Of a stretch of DNA of 64,000 bases, positions 1 through 12,461 are shown in pieces. Source of the stretch: Heteronotia binoei (lineage: Eukaryota). Under the pieces are notes generated by a model, which worked only from the letters and a program-made list of their open reading frames with translations, made no database searches and was not told the DNA's origin. Where the stretch lies: assembly GCF_032191835.1 (NCBI RefSeq), contig NC_083237.1, forward strand, positions 11,470,001 through 11,534,000, in the 5' to 3' direction. A program made the position numbers and the translations under genes. The number at the start of each line of letters is the position of its first letter. Positions within the stretch are counted from its first letter, which is position 1.

Positions 1-395
1 TCAACGAATAAAGACCTTTCTCTGTCAGAAAAGCCATTCTCCACTGGAGGAAGTCTTTTTCTGTAGAAGAGTATCATAGGATCCAAGTAAGTGAAAGGGA
101 GAAGGAGGAAGAGGAGGAGAAGGAGAAGGATAAGAAAGAGGAGGAGGAGAAGAAAAAGACATCCCCATATCACTGGCTGATCAGTGTCAGAGGACACTTT
201 TTCAAAACACATCCCAACAAATATTGAACATCAAAAATCTACAGAGGAGGACTTTAAGGAGTCCTGTTTAGGTTACAGAACTGCTATCTCATCCTGACCT
301 GCAATCCCATAGACGATACACAAAAGAACTATGGAAATATCCAGGCTAAAATAATATAGTAGCAACATATCTTTAGATGCATAGTAAATATTAAG

Positions 396-490
396 CTCCT
401 TAAAGAAGCTAAAATAATGTCCCTTGTGTACCATCAACACCAAGAAGATCACCTCCCTTGGGCTTTGCAAAGGGGCATGATTAGGGAGAC
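396..490 (+). promoter_or_regulatory. Candidate OR promoter module (for OR-A)
   Basis: ctcctt..gaagc, taatgtcccttgtg, cctcccttgggctttgcaaagg. Homologous to five other copies upstream of ORs. Confidence 0.5.
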
Positions 491-1644
491 ACAATGATTG
501 AATCAGACTGCTTCCATATATACTTCTGATACAAAGAGAATAAATGGTTATGACAAAGAGGCAGGTTTTCCTACTTTGTGAGCCAAGAAACTAAGTAATC
601 TCCTAAAACACCCTTAGGATTCAGAAAGGTACAGGCTCAGAAAACAGATGTAAAGAGTGATTTTGTTGATTCACAGTGTTTGTCAACAGGGGAGGGTCAG
701 GGTTTTTTCCCAGTGAATTCGTTAATTTAAGACACCTCCTTCTGTGAAGAGAAGATCATGCCACTTTTGATTTGTTTGCAATAAAATTATTGTATAGCCT
801 GTAATGCAGAGATGCTAGGAGCTTGCCTGCATGTGCAGGCATAAAAACCTAGGGTTAGATTTAGCTACCTTTTGGTCACTCGAGCCTGCCCGATTCCCCT
901 CTGTGCTACATCTCACGTGCCTTTTACATGCAAGTCCTCAGATCCCCAATGTAGCATTTTTTAGTTGGACAGACAGAACCCCTTGTTTTGACAGCAGAAA
1001 AGGTGGCTGGATCCAACCCTTTAGGCGGAAGAATGCAGGAGACCAGAACAAGAGTGTCCTCTGTCAAAAATGGATAGCCAGTGGTGAGTATTTTGCAACA
1101 AGCCTTGAGACTTAGTGAGAAAGGTGAGCTATAAAGCAAGTGAAGAAATAAATGAAAGCTCTCACTTCTGAGTGCTGGATCAGAATCACTCGGTATGTTA
1201 TGTTTTGTGGTGGGAAGGAAATTAGAGAATACATGATACACTGTGAGGATGCCATGCCAGTCTGCAAAATCAAAAAAGAGTCCAGTGGCATCTTTAAAAA
1301 AATAGCATTTATTCAAGCAGAGGCTTCAAACACAATGATGTAAATCTATCAGGCTTGATTTAGATAAACGGGAAGAGTTTACAAAGAGAGACTGTGTGAG
1401 CAAAGAGAGAAGTATGCCTGCATATGAAAGCTTACATTCTGAATAAAACTTTGTTGGTCTTAAAGGTGCGGCTGGACTCCTACTTTGGTTTAAAGCGAGG
1501 CGCAGTCCAAAGGGTCCACTCAGACCATGATTGTGAAGTTTTCAGCAGTTGCGCTAGTCAAAATATAAAACCTACAAGGCTGTGAAATAAAACAAGGTGA
1601 TGCAATTGAAAGTCAACAGTGGTAGAACTCTAGTAATTGCCCTG

Positions 1645-1835
1645 AATTGGATGGCCCAGGCTAGCCCAGCCTTGTCAGCTGTTGGAAGCTACGCGCCATG
1701 TTGTTAGTACTTGGTGAGTACTCAGATGAGAAACCACCGAGGAAGTCCAGCATTGCTATGTACCTCTTATCCACCTCGTACCTGGACAACTCTATGGGGT
1801 CACCATAAGACAACTGCAGCCTGATGGCACTTTAA
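1645..1835 (+). mobile_element. Decayed 5S-rRNA-headed SINE with RTE-like tail
   Basis: ggaagcta...ttagtacttgg...gagaaaccacc resembles 5S rRNA. Tail ggggtcaccataag. Confidence 0.45.
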
Positions 1836-2519
1836 ACTTGTAGCTATAGTAATCAATAATCAAAAGGGGGTGGGAGAAGCAAGATGTTGACATTTATAGT
1901 AGATAAGAAATATCAGCTTCCTTTGAAGGCCTGCCTTTCGATGTTGGATTTATTGCTCTTTTCATATATGCAAGTGTCACAAGGTGGGATCGTGCTGTCA
2001 TAGATGCAAACTCTCTCAGTTCTTTAATTAAAATATTTATTTGATATTGCTCCTTGAATTTAATAGGTTATAATACTGCTAAACGCCTTGATTTAATTTA
2101 GCCATTTTTTCCCCCTTTTCGGCCACACATTGAAGTGCTAAACAGTGCCTTTAGAATCAGTTATATTATATCATGCCTCGAAAGATAAACTCTTCACCCT
2201 TTAGTTTCTCAGCATGATGAGTTTAAATGTCAGATGTATGTCCATTGATTTGTTTGAGCAAACATGGAACCCATGTAGAGAGAAGGAGGGCACTGCTGAC
2301 ACATGATGACATTTTTTTACACCAGAGAATGAGCCACTGGACAAGCCAGAGATAGAAGAGCTGATATGATTTGGTCCTGAATGCTTACTGGGACAAAGTT
2401 ACCATCTTGGTTTATTGCAGGGGCTGGTCCCTGAGTCTCTGTGTTAGCTATGTACGCAAGTGCTGTCAACTTGACAACTGATTTGTGGCAATCCCAGCAA
2501 GGGACGTTCAAGGCAAGCG

Positions 2520-2630
2520 AGAAGCAGAGGTGGTTTGACTTCCTTTACAGAACCTTCTTCTCTGGCCTCACAACCAAGTACTGACCCTGCTTAGCTTCTG
2601 AGAACTTATGAGATCGGGCTATACTATACC
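2520..2630 (-). mobile_element. 5S-rRNA-derived SINE head or pseudogene remnant
   Basis: Reverse complement reads cccgatctc...tcagaagctaagcagggtcagtacttgg. Confidence 0.5.
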
Positions 2631-2691
2631 ATTCCTCCTCCCCTCCTCTCCACGTATCTCTTTTAAATTGTGCGTTATGGTTGGTGCGTTG

Positions 2692-3197
2692 AACATATGA
2701 AGCTGCCTTATACTGAATCAGACCCTCAGTCCATCAAAGTCAGTACTGTCTACTCAGACTGGCAGTGGCTCTCCAGGGTCTCAAGCTGAGGTTTTTCACA
2801 CCTATTTGCCTGGACCCTTTTTAGTTGGAGATGCCGGGGATTGAACCTGGGACCTTCTGCTTACCAAGCAGATGCTCTTCCACTGAGCCACCGTCCCTCA
2901 CCTGACTGGCAGCGGCTCTTCAGGGTCTCAAGCTGAGGTTTTTCACACCTATTTACCTGGACCCTTTTATAGCTGGAGATGCCGGGGATTGAACCTGGGA
3001 CCTTCTGCTTACCAAGCAGATGCTCTTCCACTGAGCCACCGTCCCTCACTTGACTGGCAGCGGCTCTCCAGGGTCTCAAGCCGAGGTTTTTTACACCTAT
3101 TTGCCTGGACGCTCTTATAGCTGGAGATGCTGGAGATTGAACCGGGGACCTTCTACTTACCAAGCAGATGCTCTACCACTGAGCCACCATCCCTCCC
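2692..3197 (-). mobile_element. tRNA-headed squamate SINE (Squam2-like), head-plus-body triplicated
   Basis: Three ~148-bp tandem units, each with A/B boxes (tggctcagtgg.agagc; ggttcaatccc), sharing one (catatg) tail at 2692. Confidence 0.85.
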
Positions 3198-3292
3198 CTT
3201 GTTTTAGGTTAAGGAGCTGTTTGTAAGAGGAAAGGTCAGCTATTGTATATATTCAGAAGACTGTTGGTAATGCATTGGAAAGGTATTCAGCT

Positions 3293-3780
3293 CAGTGACG
3301 TAGCCAGAATTTTAAAAGGTAGGGGGGGGTTAAAAAGTTGGGGGGAACCCTTTCCCATCCACTACGGGGCTTGCTGCTTCTTCAAAGCTTTCTGGGGTAG
3401 GGACAAAAGCTGGAGGCTCTGAAAGTGGCCAAGTCGAGGCAGCTGACCCTAAAACTCTGGAGTCAAGAAGAGACTGCACCTTGCATGCAAGCGGGGGGGG
3501 GGGGTTCCTTCCACCTCCTTCTCCCCCACCCTGGCACTTTGCAGCCAGCAGCTCCGTCATTCCTCCCCCTTTCCCAGCCCATTTTGAGTGGCTTCCTCCA
3601 CCTCTCACTCCTCCACCTCCCTTCTCTCTGCTTCTTCTTTTGCTGCTGCACTGGACTGTGCCCTTCTCAGCTCACCCAGCTCCAGCTGTCGCTGATGATT
3701 CTTTGCTGGCTCAACCATGATGAGAGAGGGGGGGGGGGTCAGGCTGTGCCCCCACAGGCCCCTTTGTGGCTACAAGCCTG
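3293..3780. mobile_element. hAT-type non-autonomous DNA transposon
   Basis: TIRs cagtgacgtagcca / tggctacaagcctg. Perfect 8-bp TSD attcagct. Confidence 0.85.
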
Positions 3781-3965
3781 ATTCAGCTGCGTCCTGCAGG
3801 CATTCAGTTCTTATTTCCTTGCGTGTCTGTCTTGTAATTGGCTACTCCTGTGTAGCAACCTCACTTTGATTTTTATAACAACTTTGTAGCAGCCTTATGC
3901 TTTAAGCAGTTTCTCTGTATTCTACTATTGGTGTCCAAATCAATCATTCAGTTCTTAATTATATT

Positions 3966-4157
3966 CAGGGCTTTTCTTTTCTTTTTTTTGTAGCAGGAAC
4001 TCCTTTGCATTTTAGGCCACACACCCCTGATGTAGCCAATCCTCCTGGAACTTACAGTAAGCCCTGGAATAAGAGCCCTGTAAGCTCTTGGAGGATTGAC
4101 TACATCAGGGGGTGCGGCCTAATATGCAAAGGAGTTCCTGCTCCAAAAAAAGCCCTG
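3966..4157. mobile_element. Palindromic MITE (hAT-like)
   Basis: cagggcttt...aaagccctg, self-complementary along its length. Confidence 0.8.
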
Positions 4158-4255
4158 ATTCTATCGGCAATGGTCATGGTGGTTGAATTAATATTATCCA
4201 TAAAATACAACAGTAACAACTAATTTATTTTCCTTTCAGGGAGGTGCCGAAAAAG

Positions 4256-5194
4256 ATGAACAGCACCCCAGTGAGGGAATTCATACTTTTGGGCTTTACA
4301 GACAATCATAAGCTTCAAGTTGTACTCTTTCTCCTATTGATGGGAACATATCTGTTGACTATATCCGGGAACGTGGTGATCGTTGCGATCACGCTCTCCA
4401 GTCGCCGTCTCCACACTCCAATGTATTTCTTCCTCCGAAATTTTGCGCTCTTGGAGGTTGGATTCACCACTGCCCTCATCCCCAAAGCACTGGCCCACTT
4501 GGCCACGGGGCAGAGGACGATCTCCATCAGTGGCTGCTTCACGCAATGTTTTCTGTATTTTACCTTGGGGACAACGGAGTTCTTCCTGCTGGCGGTCATG
4601 TCATTTGACAGATACGTGGCCATCTGCCACCCTCTTCGTTACGCCACCATAATGAGTGGTCAACTCTGTTCCCTGCTAGTAGGTTGCTCTTGGGTTGGGG
4701 GCTTGTTGCTAATCCTGGGCCCAGCAATTGCTTTATTTCAGATGCCATTTTGCGGCCCAAACACTATAAACCATTTTTTCTGCGACAATGGACCGCTGAT
4801 CAAACTCGCCTGTGTAGACACAATTCTGATGGAACGCGTGGATTTCTTCATTGCCACGTTCTCTCTCATTGGAACTTTGGCAGTGACTGTCATTTCCTAT
4901 GCCAACATTATTTCTAGCATTTTGCGCATCCCATCGACTCAAGAGAGGCAGAAGGCTTTCTCCACTTGCTCCTCCCATATTATTGTTGTGTCCTTGTTCT
5001 ATGGCAGCTGTATCTTCATGTACGTGAGGCCTTCCCAAAGCGAAGGGTTTGGTTTCAATAAAGGAGTCTCCATTTTAAACACTGTGGTGACACCTTTGTT
5101 GAACCCCTTTATCTACACTCTCAGAAACAAACAAGTACACGAAGCTCTCAGAGATGCCAAAAGAAAGATATGTATTAGAAATCGGAAACACTGA
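4256..5194 (+). CDS. Olfactory receptor, class II, family-6-like (OR-A), 312 aa, intact
   Basis: MNST N-glycosylation site, [45 protein letters not shown]. The true ATG is at 4256; the ORF track starts at an upstream GTG. Splice acceptor tttcag ends at 4239. Confidence 0.96.
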   Translation: MNSTPVREFILLGFTDNHKLQVVLFLLLMGTYLLTISGNVVIVAITLSSRRLHTPMYFFLRNFALLEVGFTTALIPKALAHLATGQRTISISGCFTQCFLYFTLGTTEFFLLAVMSFDRYVAICHPLRYATIMSGQLCSLLVGCSWVGGLLLILGPAIALFQMPFCGPNTINHFFCDNGPLIKLACVDTILMERVDFFIATFSLIGTLAVTVISYANIISSILRIPSTQERQKAFSTCSSHIIVVSLFYGSCIFMYVRPSQSEGFGFNKGVSILNTVVTPLLNPFIYTLRNKQVHEALRDAKRKICIRNRKH

Positions 5195-5960
5195 TGAATG
5201 GATAAAAGAAAGCAGGAAAGGATTGTCAGAAGTCTCCATGAAGCTCATCCAGATCTCTCGGTAGTGTAGCTTTTTTCTGGTTTTGTGTCAGGGTTCTATG
5301 TCAAGTATCAAGTCAAAGGCTTTGAAAGGGAATTATTTTTCCAACATTATGAAACAACACTATCCATACTCCCTCTGGGCATATTCAAAGTAGATCTCCT
5401 TTGATGGCCCCTTTATTTATGACCACTGATGCTTCAGGGTCAATTCCAGGTTCCTGGAGGCAGGTGACTGCGATATTTGTTAGAAGAAAAGACTGGTGAT
5501 GTTTTTTGCTCTGTCCTCCAAGACTACAAACACCATAGAGCAAGCTAGATAGCTCCTTCCTGTCTGCCCTGCTTTCACTCACCCTCTCTAATCAATAGAA
5601 TGTAATTTCAGGGAACTTCCTTCCTCTTTGTTCTCTTCCTGTTCCTTTTTCTTCCCTGCATGCATCAGGAGGAACATCATGGTGTCTCTCTGCCTGATCT
5701 GAACTAAGCAGATGGTCTACTATCAATCCAAAGCCATCCATAGCTAGAATAGATAGCCACTCTTTCTCTCTCCGCTACACTTATATGTTATGTTTCTTAA
5801 AATAAATCCACCAGTATTGCTTTCTTAACTTAAAGCAAAGGCTCTCTGTGTGTCGTAACCATTAGACTAGGCCACGTTGTTGTGCTGAAGCTCAGAAAGA
5901 GCACTCTACTAAGTGAAAGTCAGGACGGCTGCCTGACCAGTCCAGCCATCCTATACCTGA

Positions 5961-6096
5961 CGGGGGTGACCAACAGTAGCTCTCCAGATGTTTTTTGCCT
6001 ACAACTCCCATCCGTCTCAGCCATCAGCCATGCTGGCTGGGGCTGATGGGAGTTGTAGGCAAAAAACATCTGGAGAGCTACTGTTGGCCATCCCTG
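5961..6096. mobile_element. Palindromic MITE
   Basis: ccaacagtagctctccagatg...catctggagagctactgttgg inverted arms. Confidence 0.8.
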
Positions 6097-7912
6097 CTAT
6101 ACTAGACCCGAAAGTATTTACAAGAAAAGGGATAGAAGTGGCCCTGTAAACTATTGTCCAATTAGCCTCCTTCCTGTTTAGGGCAAATTATATGCTAACT
6201 ACCTTCTTCTTGGGTTGGGGAGTTAGAGGCCAGGGTCTTCCATGTTGGAGTGTGAACAAACTGGTTATCCAATTGTACCATAAGCTCACCTCATCAGCAA
6301 ATATACATCATAAAAAAGGTGCAAGATTAAATGCTGTTTATTGATCTCTGGGCTAGATTTGACTCAGTATCTTGAGAGTGCTTTGTAACAAGGAGGCACT
6401 GACTACCTTACAGTAGCATCCCTACAGTGGGATCTGCATTTTCCTGACCTGAATTGGAAGCTACTGGTCAGAAACAAGCCAAGTGGAAACACTCTCTGTA
6501 AAAGCCAGAGAACTTCTCTGGGCTTGTCTGTCTGCATAAGGTTACAATATAGGCATCCTCCAGGTAAACTCCTTTCATTCCCCCCCTCCACCCATGATTG
6601 AATGTATAAGAACAATGGGTTTGCAGGTAAAGTATTGCTTATACCTTAATTGCTGGCTAGCAACTAATGGTTAATTTTCTCTTCCTTCCTGCTCCAACTA
6701 GGCATCTTTTTGTCTTACCTCGATGCTAATGCAGGCCACGTTGCACAAATCTTTTGCTTCTCTCCTGACTCCACCTCAGAGTATCGAAAGCAAATTGATA
6801 TCAAACCTTAAGCCCATCGTGGCCCTTTCTGACAACCGTCAAGGTTCATTCACATCTTTTTTCTTGAACTGGGAATCCATTCAGGCTCCCAGGAAGGACC
6901 CATCAAGAGCCACCGCGGCCCCAGAAGGGTCTCCACCCCTCCAAGCACTATATAAACTGAGAGAAAACCCCTCTACAGTGTGCATTCTGTAGGCACCTTG
7001 TACAGTCTGTATCCCTCATTACTCTCTGTAATTGGGTCTGTTGGACATGTCACAATTGTGGTGCATGTCCCATCTCCATTTTCCTCTATATGGACTTCTG
7101 CACATCCAGGACAGGTGAATATTGGCTCTAAAAATCACTATTCCTCGCCACCATCTTCCGAGCCTCTTGATTGTGTGTGTTGTATTACTTGTATGTGTGC
7201 GATTGTATTTTTTACATATTTTTTTCTAAGTAAACATTTTTTAAATATTTTAGATCTGGAGTCCTCCTTCTGATACTGGACATTTGTATTATTGGTGGAA
7301 AGTTACCTGCCACAGGGCTTTCTCTTTTTTTTAAAGCAGGGGTTAGCAGGGGGTGTGGCCTGATATGCAAATGAGTTCCAGCTGGGCTTTTGCTGCAAAG
7401 TGCTGCGTGAAACAATGACGATGTCAGGGGTATGTGGCCTGATATGCAAATGAGTTAATAGGGATGCAATCCCTATTAAACTGCTTATTGAAAAGATTAA
7501 TACTGTATCACCTGACACAAGGACTTAGGCAGAAATCATTCAGAGGATCAATGGCCCTCCATCAGGAACACCTCTGTCCTCATTGCCCTATCACTTAATA
7601 TCCAACTTAAACCTATAAGGTGATTTCCAGATGGTATTTGACCCCTGCTCAACTTTCGCATTCTATTCCTAATATAGTTCCCTTTTGGTGGAAACTCTGT
7701 GGTCTAAGGGCTACCATTTTTCATAAATGGTGGGCTTGCCCCGTGATCACAACTTTTTTGGAAGCAGATCCTTAATGAAATATTTAACATTGATATTGAC
7801 TTCAATAAAAAAAATAATGTTATTTATGAACAGCATGAGTGTCTACAGAATGGTTTCACATGGGTTGGATCCAGATTCATTTCTCCCACCATTGTAAGGT
7901 GGGAGAAAGCAT

Positions 7913-8208
7913 CAGATTTTGCTCTTCCTTCTACTGATGGGAACATACGGTATCTTTTGACTCTCTCCGGGAATGTGGTGATCATTGTGGTCACACTGTC
8001 CGATCACCGTCTCAACACTCCAATGTATTTCTTCCTCCAAAATTTTGCACTATTGGAGATTGGATTCACCGCTTCCATTGTTCCCAAAGCATTATCCAAT
8101 TTGGCCACTGGACAGAAGACTATCTCCATAGCTGGATGTTTCACACAGGGTTTTTCATATTTTTTTCCTGGAGAGCACAGAGTTTTTTCTACTGGCGGTA
8201 ATGTCTTT
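7913..8208 (+). pseudogene. OR pseudogene (psi-OR-B), 5'-deleted, OR-D-like
   Basis: Near-identical to TM1-TM3 of the ORs at 16418/24996 but lacks about the first 20 codons. It has a 5-nt insertion (tac-ggtat-ctt) and a +1 frameshift (ttttttcctggagag versus tttgtcctgggaac), then runs into an N gap. Confidence 0.88.
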
Positions 8209-8379
8209 NNNNNNNNNNNNNNNNNNNNNNNNNNNNNNNNNNNNNNNNNNNNNNNNNNNNNNNNNNNNNNNNNNNNNNNNNNNNNNNNNNNNNNNNNNNN
8301 NNNNNNNNNNNNNNNNNNNNNNNNNNNNNNNNNNNNNNNNNNNNNNNNNNNNNNNNNNNNNNNNNNNNNNNNNNNNNNN
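8209..8379. other. Assembly gap
   Basis: Run of N. Confidence 0.99.
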
Positions 8380-9855
8380 CAGTCTTTATGTATAAAAGGC
8401 AGATCAGTACTTTTATGTCTTCATTACTCTGAATTAATGCCCTAGTACAGTCATTTTAATGTAGTCCTCTGAGGTCAGTGGTCTTAGATTAGATTAACTA
8501 TGGATAGGATTGCATTGTTAGTTTCCTACATTTTTATCTCTCCTTTTGTCTAAGGGGCTCAATACAGTTTACATAGCTCTTTTCTCATTCACCATACTCT
8601 CAGAACCAGCCTGTGTAGTAGAACATTTAGATTTCAGCCAAGAAGAACCTTAGAGACCAAAAACAGTCTCTGTGGGGTTTCTGGACTCCAGGAACTGCAG
8701 AACATGATGGCTACCCACTGAAACCTATGAAGTAGGTTAGGGTGAGAGACAGTGACTTGTCCAAAGTCAACCAAAAAACTTCATGATCCTGTGCAAATTT
8801 GAACCCTGTTCATAACCACCACACCAAGCCAGCTAGAACAGTCAATGTGGCTGAGGGATTAAGACGCCATAATGCTTCCTTTAACCTCTCCCTACGGTTA
8901 CCCTTTTTTTGTGAGTGTGAAATGTGACAGTGCTCTGGAGGTACCATTGGTGGTTGGTTTTAAAACAGAAAAAGGGGAGTGGAGAATAGGGGTGGGATGT
9001 CCCCATAAGTCTGAACTCCAACCCACGGGACTACCACTATCAGAGAATGCAGAAAAAAAGAAGAGGATGATGACAATAAAGTGGAAATGACCCCTCAAGT
9101 TACTTGGTATAGTTTTGCTAGATGAAAAATGGTTCCATGTCCAATTGGTGGCTGTAGAGGCCATAGGTCATCGATGGAGCACTTGCTAGAATGAAGGAAA
9201 TTCCCACCTTCCATCCAAAGTGTCTCAAGTCTCGGACAAACCTATGGATGTGATGGGTTTTTTCCACAGGTACAGTATAGTTGAACGGGACAGGTGGAGT
9301 CATATTCTGACCTAGGTTGTGAATATTGGATGAATATGGGATGAAAGGTTCTGAATATGAGATAAAAGGATGTTTACACATGATAATGCTGACCTCATTC
9401 CTAGACGAGTTACCCAGAATTACTTGGCAGATTTCTAAGACATTCAGATACCTAAGGTAAGGGGAAGGAGGCTAAGTTAAAGATAAAACAATTAATTGTT
9501 AGCAACTATTTTAGACATGGCAAATCCTACAGCCAAAATAAGAGGGAAGTTGGAATTTTGAATGGGAAGTCTTACTGCAAATTAAAGCACTTTACTTTTC
9601 TTCCCATCTCTTTGTTGGAATGTTTTTGAGATGCACTGGCCTCCTTATGGGACCTCCAAATACATCCTGCAGAGCAGGGGTTACTGTTGAGAAAGTCCAT
9701 GTCCTCAATGAGGTTAGACAAACTTCTCATAATGGTTGAATCTCCAACAACTATTGGGAGAGATGGCCCATCAGGCTTGAGGGTCCTAGGCCATGATGTA
9801 TTTATTTCCTTGATCTATGCTCTACCTTTCTCCCTAATGGGGATCCAAGGTAGCT

Positions 9856-10062
9856 TGGAAAGGAAAAAGGAAAGGTCCTCTGTGCAAGCACCAGTTGTTT
9901 CCGACTCTGGGGTGACGTTGCTTTCACAACGTTTTCACAGCAGACTTTTTACAGGGTGGTTTGCCATTGCCTTCCCCAGTCTTTTACACTTTCGCACTTT
10001 CAGGTCGTGAGCAGAGAGTTCAGATCACAGTACTGCTGCTTTACCACTCTGCGCCACAGGGA
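9856..10062 (-). mobile_element. Sauria SINE, internally deleted, inserted in a Squam3/MIR-like SINE (~9790-10180)
   Basis: aaaggtcctctgtgcaagcaccagttgtttccgactctggggtgacg is the reverse complement of the Sauria SINE 3' end. Confidence 0.8.
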
Positions 10063-10678
10063 CGCTCAAGGTGGCTTACAAGGTGGCTTTTTCTCCATTT
10101 TCTCCTCACAGCAACCCTGTGAGATAGGCTAGTCTAAGACCGTGTGACTGGCCTAAGGTCACCCAACAAAACTACCATGGCAAAGAGATGTTCCATGAGG
10201 CATTTGGTTGAGGACAGAGATGGTCCGGCACTCTCATACCCCAACCTCTCCCTTCATTTCTTTGTACCCCTCTACCCAGGGGGCTGGTGGAAACTGGAAT
10301 CTTTCCATCATCTTGGAAATATATCTTGGATATAGTGTTGGAGTTTGTTTGTTTTTGTATGATTGTTTTAAGTATTTTCATGTTATTTTAATCCTATTCT
10401 ATTCTAGTTGCCCTTTGATGTAAACCGCCTTGATCCCTGCTCGCAGTGAAAGGCAGTCTGACAAATCAGATGTAATAAACAAACAAATAAATAAATATTT
10501 ATTCTAGAAAGTACTTCAAGATCTCATTTTGGAAGCCAAGCATAGCCCCAATATTTTGGCTTTTATCTAAGACTACTCTCCACATTTTGCTGTTCATTAT
10601 TAGAAGGAACCTTTTCCTTGATAATTCGGTTATAACCACAAACAAAGAGAATAAAGAGGTTTAAACAAGTACACACAG

Positions 10679-11070
10679 GAATCATAGAATCATAGAGTTG
10701 GAAGGGACCTCCAGGATCATCTAGTCCAACCCCCTGCACAATGCAAGAAATTCACAAACACCTCCCCCTAAATTCACAGGATCTTCATTGCTGTCAGATG
10801 GCCATCTAGCCTCTGTTTATAAACCTCCAAGGAAGGAGAGCCCACCACCTCCCGAGGAAGCCTGTTCCACTGAGGAATCGCTCTAACGGTCAGGAAGTTC
10901 TTCCTAATGTTGAGCCGAAAACTCTTTTGATTTAATTTCAACCCATTGATTCTGGTCCTACCTTCTGGGGCCACAGAAAACAATTCTGCACCCTCCTCTA
11001 GATGACAGCCCTTCAAGTATTTGAAGATGGTGATCATATCACCTCTCAGCTGCCTCCTCTCCAGGCTAAA
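10679..11070 (-). mobile_element. CR1 LINE 3' fragment (ATTCTAT tail)
   Basis: ORF MITIFKYLKG...FLTVRAIPQWNRLP, tail gaatcatagaatcatag. Paralogous copy at 28969-29345. Confidence 0.9.
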
Positions 11071-11582
11071 GCTGCCTTAGACTGAATATCAGATCCTTGG
11101 TCCATCAAAATTAGTCTTATCTACTCAGACTGGCAGTGGATCTCCAGGGTCTCAGGCTGAGGTCTTTCACCTCACTACCTACCAGGGCCTGAGGCTAAGG
11201 TCTCAGGCTGAGGTCTTTTACATCACTACCTACCAGGGTCTAAGGCTAAGGTCTCAGGCTGAGGTCTTTCACATCACTACCTACCAGGGTCTGAGGCTAA
11301 GGTCTCAGGCTGAGGTCTTTCACATCACTACCTACCAGGGTCTGAGGCTAAGGTCTCAGGCTGAGGTCTTTCACATCACTACCTACCAGGGTCTGAGGCT
11401 AAGGTCTCAGGCTGAGGTCTTTCACATCACTACCTACCAGGGTCTGAGGCTAAGGACTCAGGCTGAGGTCTTTCACATCACCACTATCTGCCTGTTCCTT
11501 TTAACTGGAGATGCCAGGGACTGAACCTGGGACCTTCTTGCATGACAGGCAGATGCTCTGCCACTGAGCCACAGTCCCTCCA
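11071..11582 (-). mobile_element. tRNA-headed SINE containing an internal minisatellite
   Basis: Head at ~11510-11580, tail at ~11071. Paralog at 28783-28968. Confidence 0.82.
11148..11481. repeat. 51-bp minisatellite, ~6.5 copies
   Basis: Unit ggtctcaggctgaggtctttcacatcactacctaccagggtctgaggctaa at 11148, 11199, 11250, 11301, 11352, 11403, partial at 11454. Confidence 0.95.
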
Positions 11583-11931
11583 CCAACATTTACAATAAAC
11601 TTTTACAAACTACTGATTTTAATATGTTTCACCGATAGGCACGGTAATCTTTGGTTTCAAGTGGATCATTATGAGAAGCTTGTCTGATCTCATTAAGAAC
11701 ATGGGCTTTCGCAACGGTAATCCCTGCTCTACAGAATGTATTTGGAGATCCCAAATGGAGTCCAGTGGATCTCAAAAACATTCAAACAAGGAGATGGGGG
11801 GGAGGGGAGTAAAATACTTTAATTTGCAGTAAGAGTTCACATTCAAAACTCCAACTTCCCTCTTGACATTTTGGTTATAGGATTTACCATGTCTAAAATA
11901 GTTGCTACCAATTAATTGCTGTTTTCTCATT

Positions 11932-12461
11932 CAGTGCTGGCCGGTGGGTGCATGGCGCCCCAGGCAGACTCCCTGTCCACCGCCCCACCACCACCGTGGC
12001 CGCCCTCCTCCCTGGCCGCACTCCATCACCCACCCAACTCCAGGCTAATCCTTATCCCGCCCGCCACCCCTGCCCTCCTCTCCTTTGCAGCACTGCAAGC
12101 CAGCACCATGCTCCGTCCCGCCCCCCCTGCAGGAGGAGAGTTCGCTCCCTCTCCTTTCTGGAACTGGGGGAACAAAGCCTCCTCTTGTGGGCCTTTCAAA
12201 GGATTAGAAGCCATGCCAGCCACATTGAAGCTGGTAAGGACCAGCCTTGGCTCAGCTGGGGGGGGGGGCGATGGAGCACAGCACTGGCTTGCAGCGCTGC
12301 AAAGGAAGGGAAGGAGGGAGGAAGGCAGCGGTGGGGGAAGAGGGAGGCAGGCAAACTAGGCATTTGCAATGGACACCGTAAGGGGGAGCCCAATTCGGCA
12401 CCCCCCACCTCCCAGTGCCCTAGACAACCACCTAGTTTGCCTATTAGTGGAGCCGGCCCTG
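11932..12461. mobile_element. hAT-type non-autonomous DNA transposon (GC-rich)
   Basis: TIRs cagtgctggc / gccggccctg. 8-bp TSD ttctcatt / ctctcatt. Confidence 0.82.

Noticed and set aside
273-494. 73-aa hydrophobic minus-strand ORF
   Set aside because: No recognisable motif or splice context; it overlaps the non-coding module and the frame is not kept in other copies.
1425-1490. Penelope-like terminal remnants (also ~8610, ~46710, ~53125)
   Set aside because: Too short and decayed to call with confidence without a library search.
4244-4255. GTG start for OR-A and TTG start (53617) for OR-G from the ORF track
   Set aside because: Canonical ATGs at 4256 and 53518 align with the paralog starts.
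4315-4623. Recurrent antisense ORFs over ORs (MATYLS..., also at 37936, 48200, 53673, 60405)
   Set aside because: A by-product of conserved OR codons on the opposite strand; lengths and ends vary between paralogs.
11148-11481. CRISPR-like array
   Set aside because: No unique spacers; it is a pure tandem repeat inside a SINE in a vertebrate genome.
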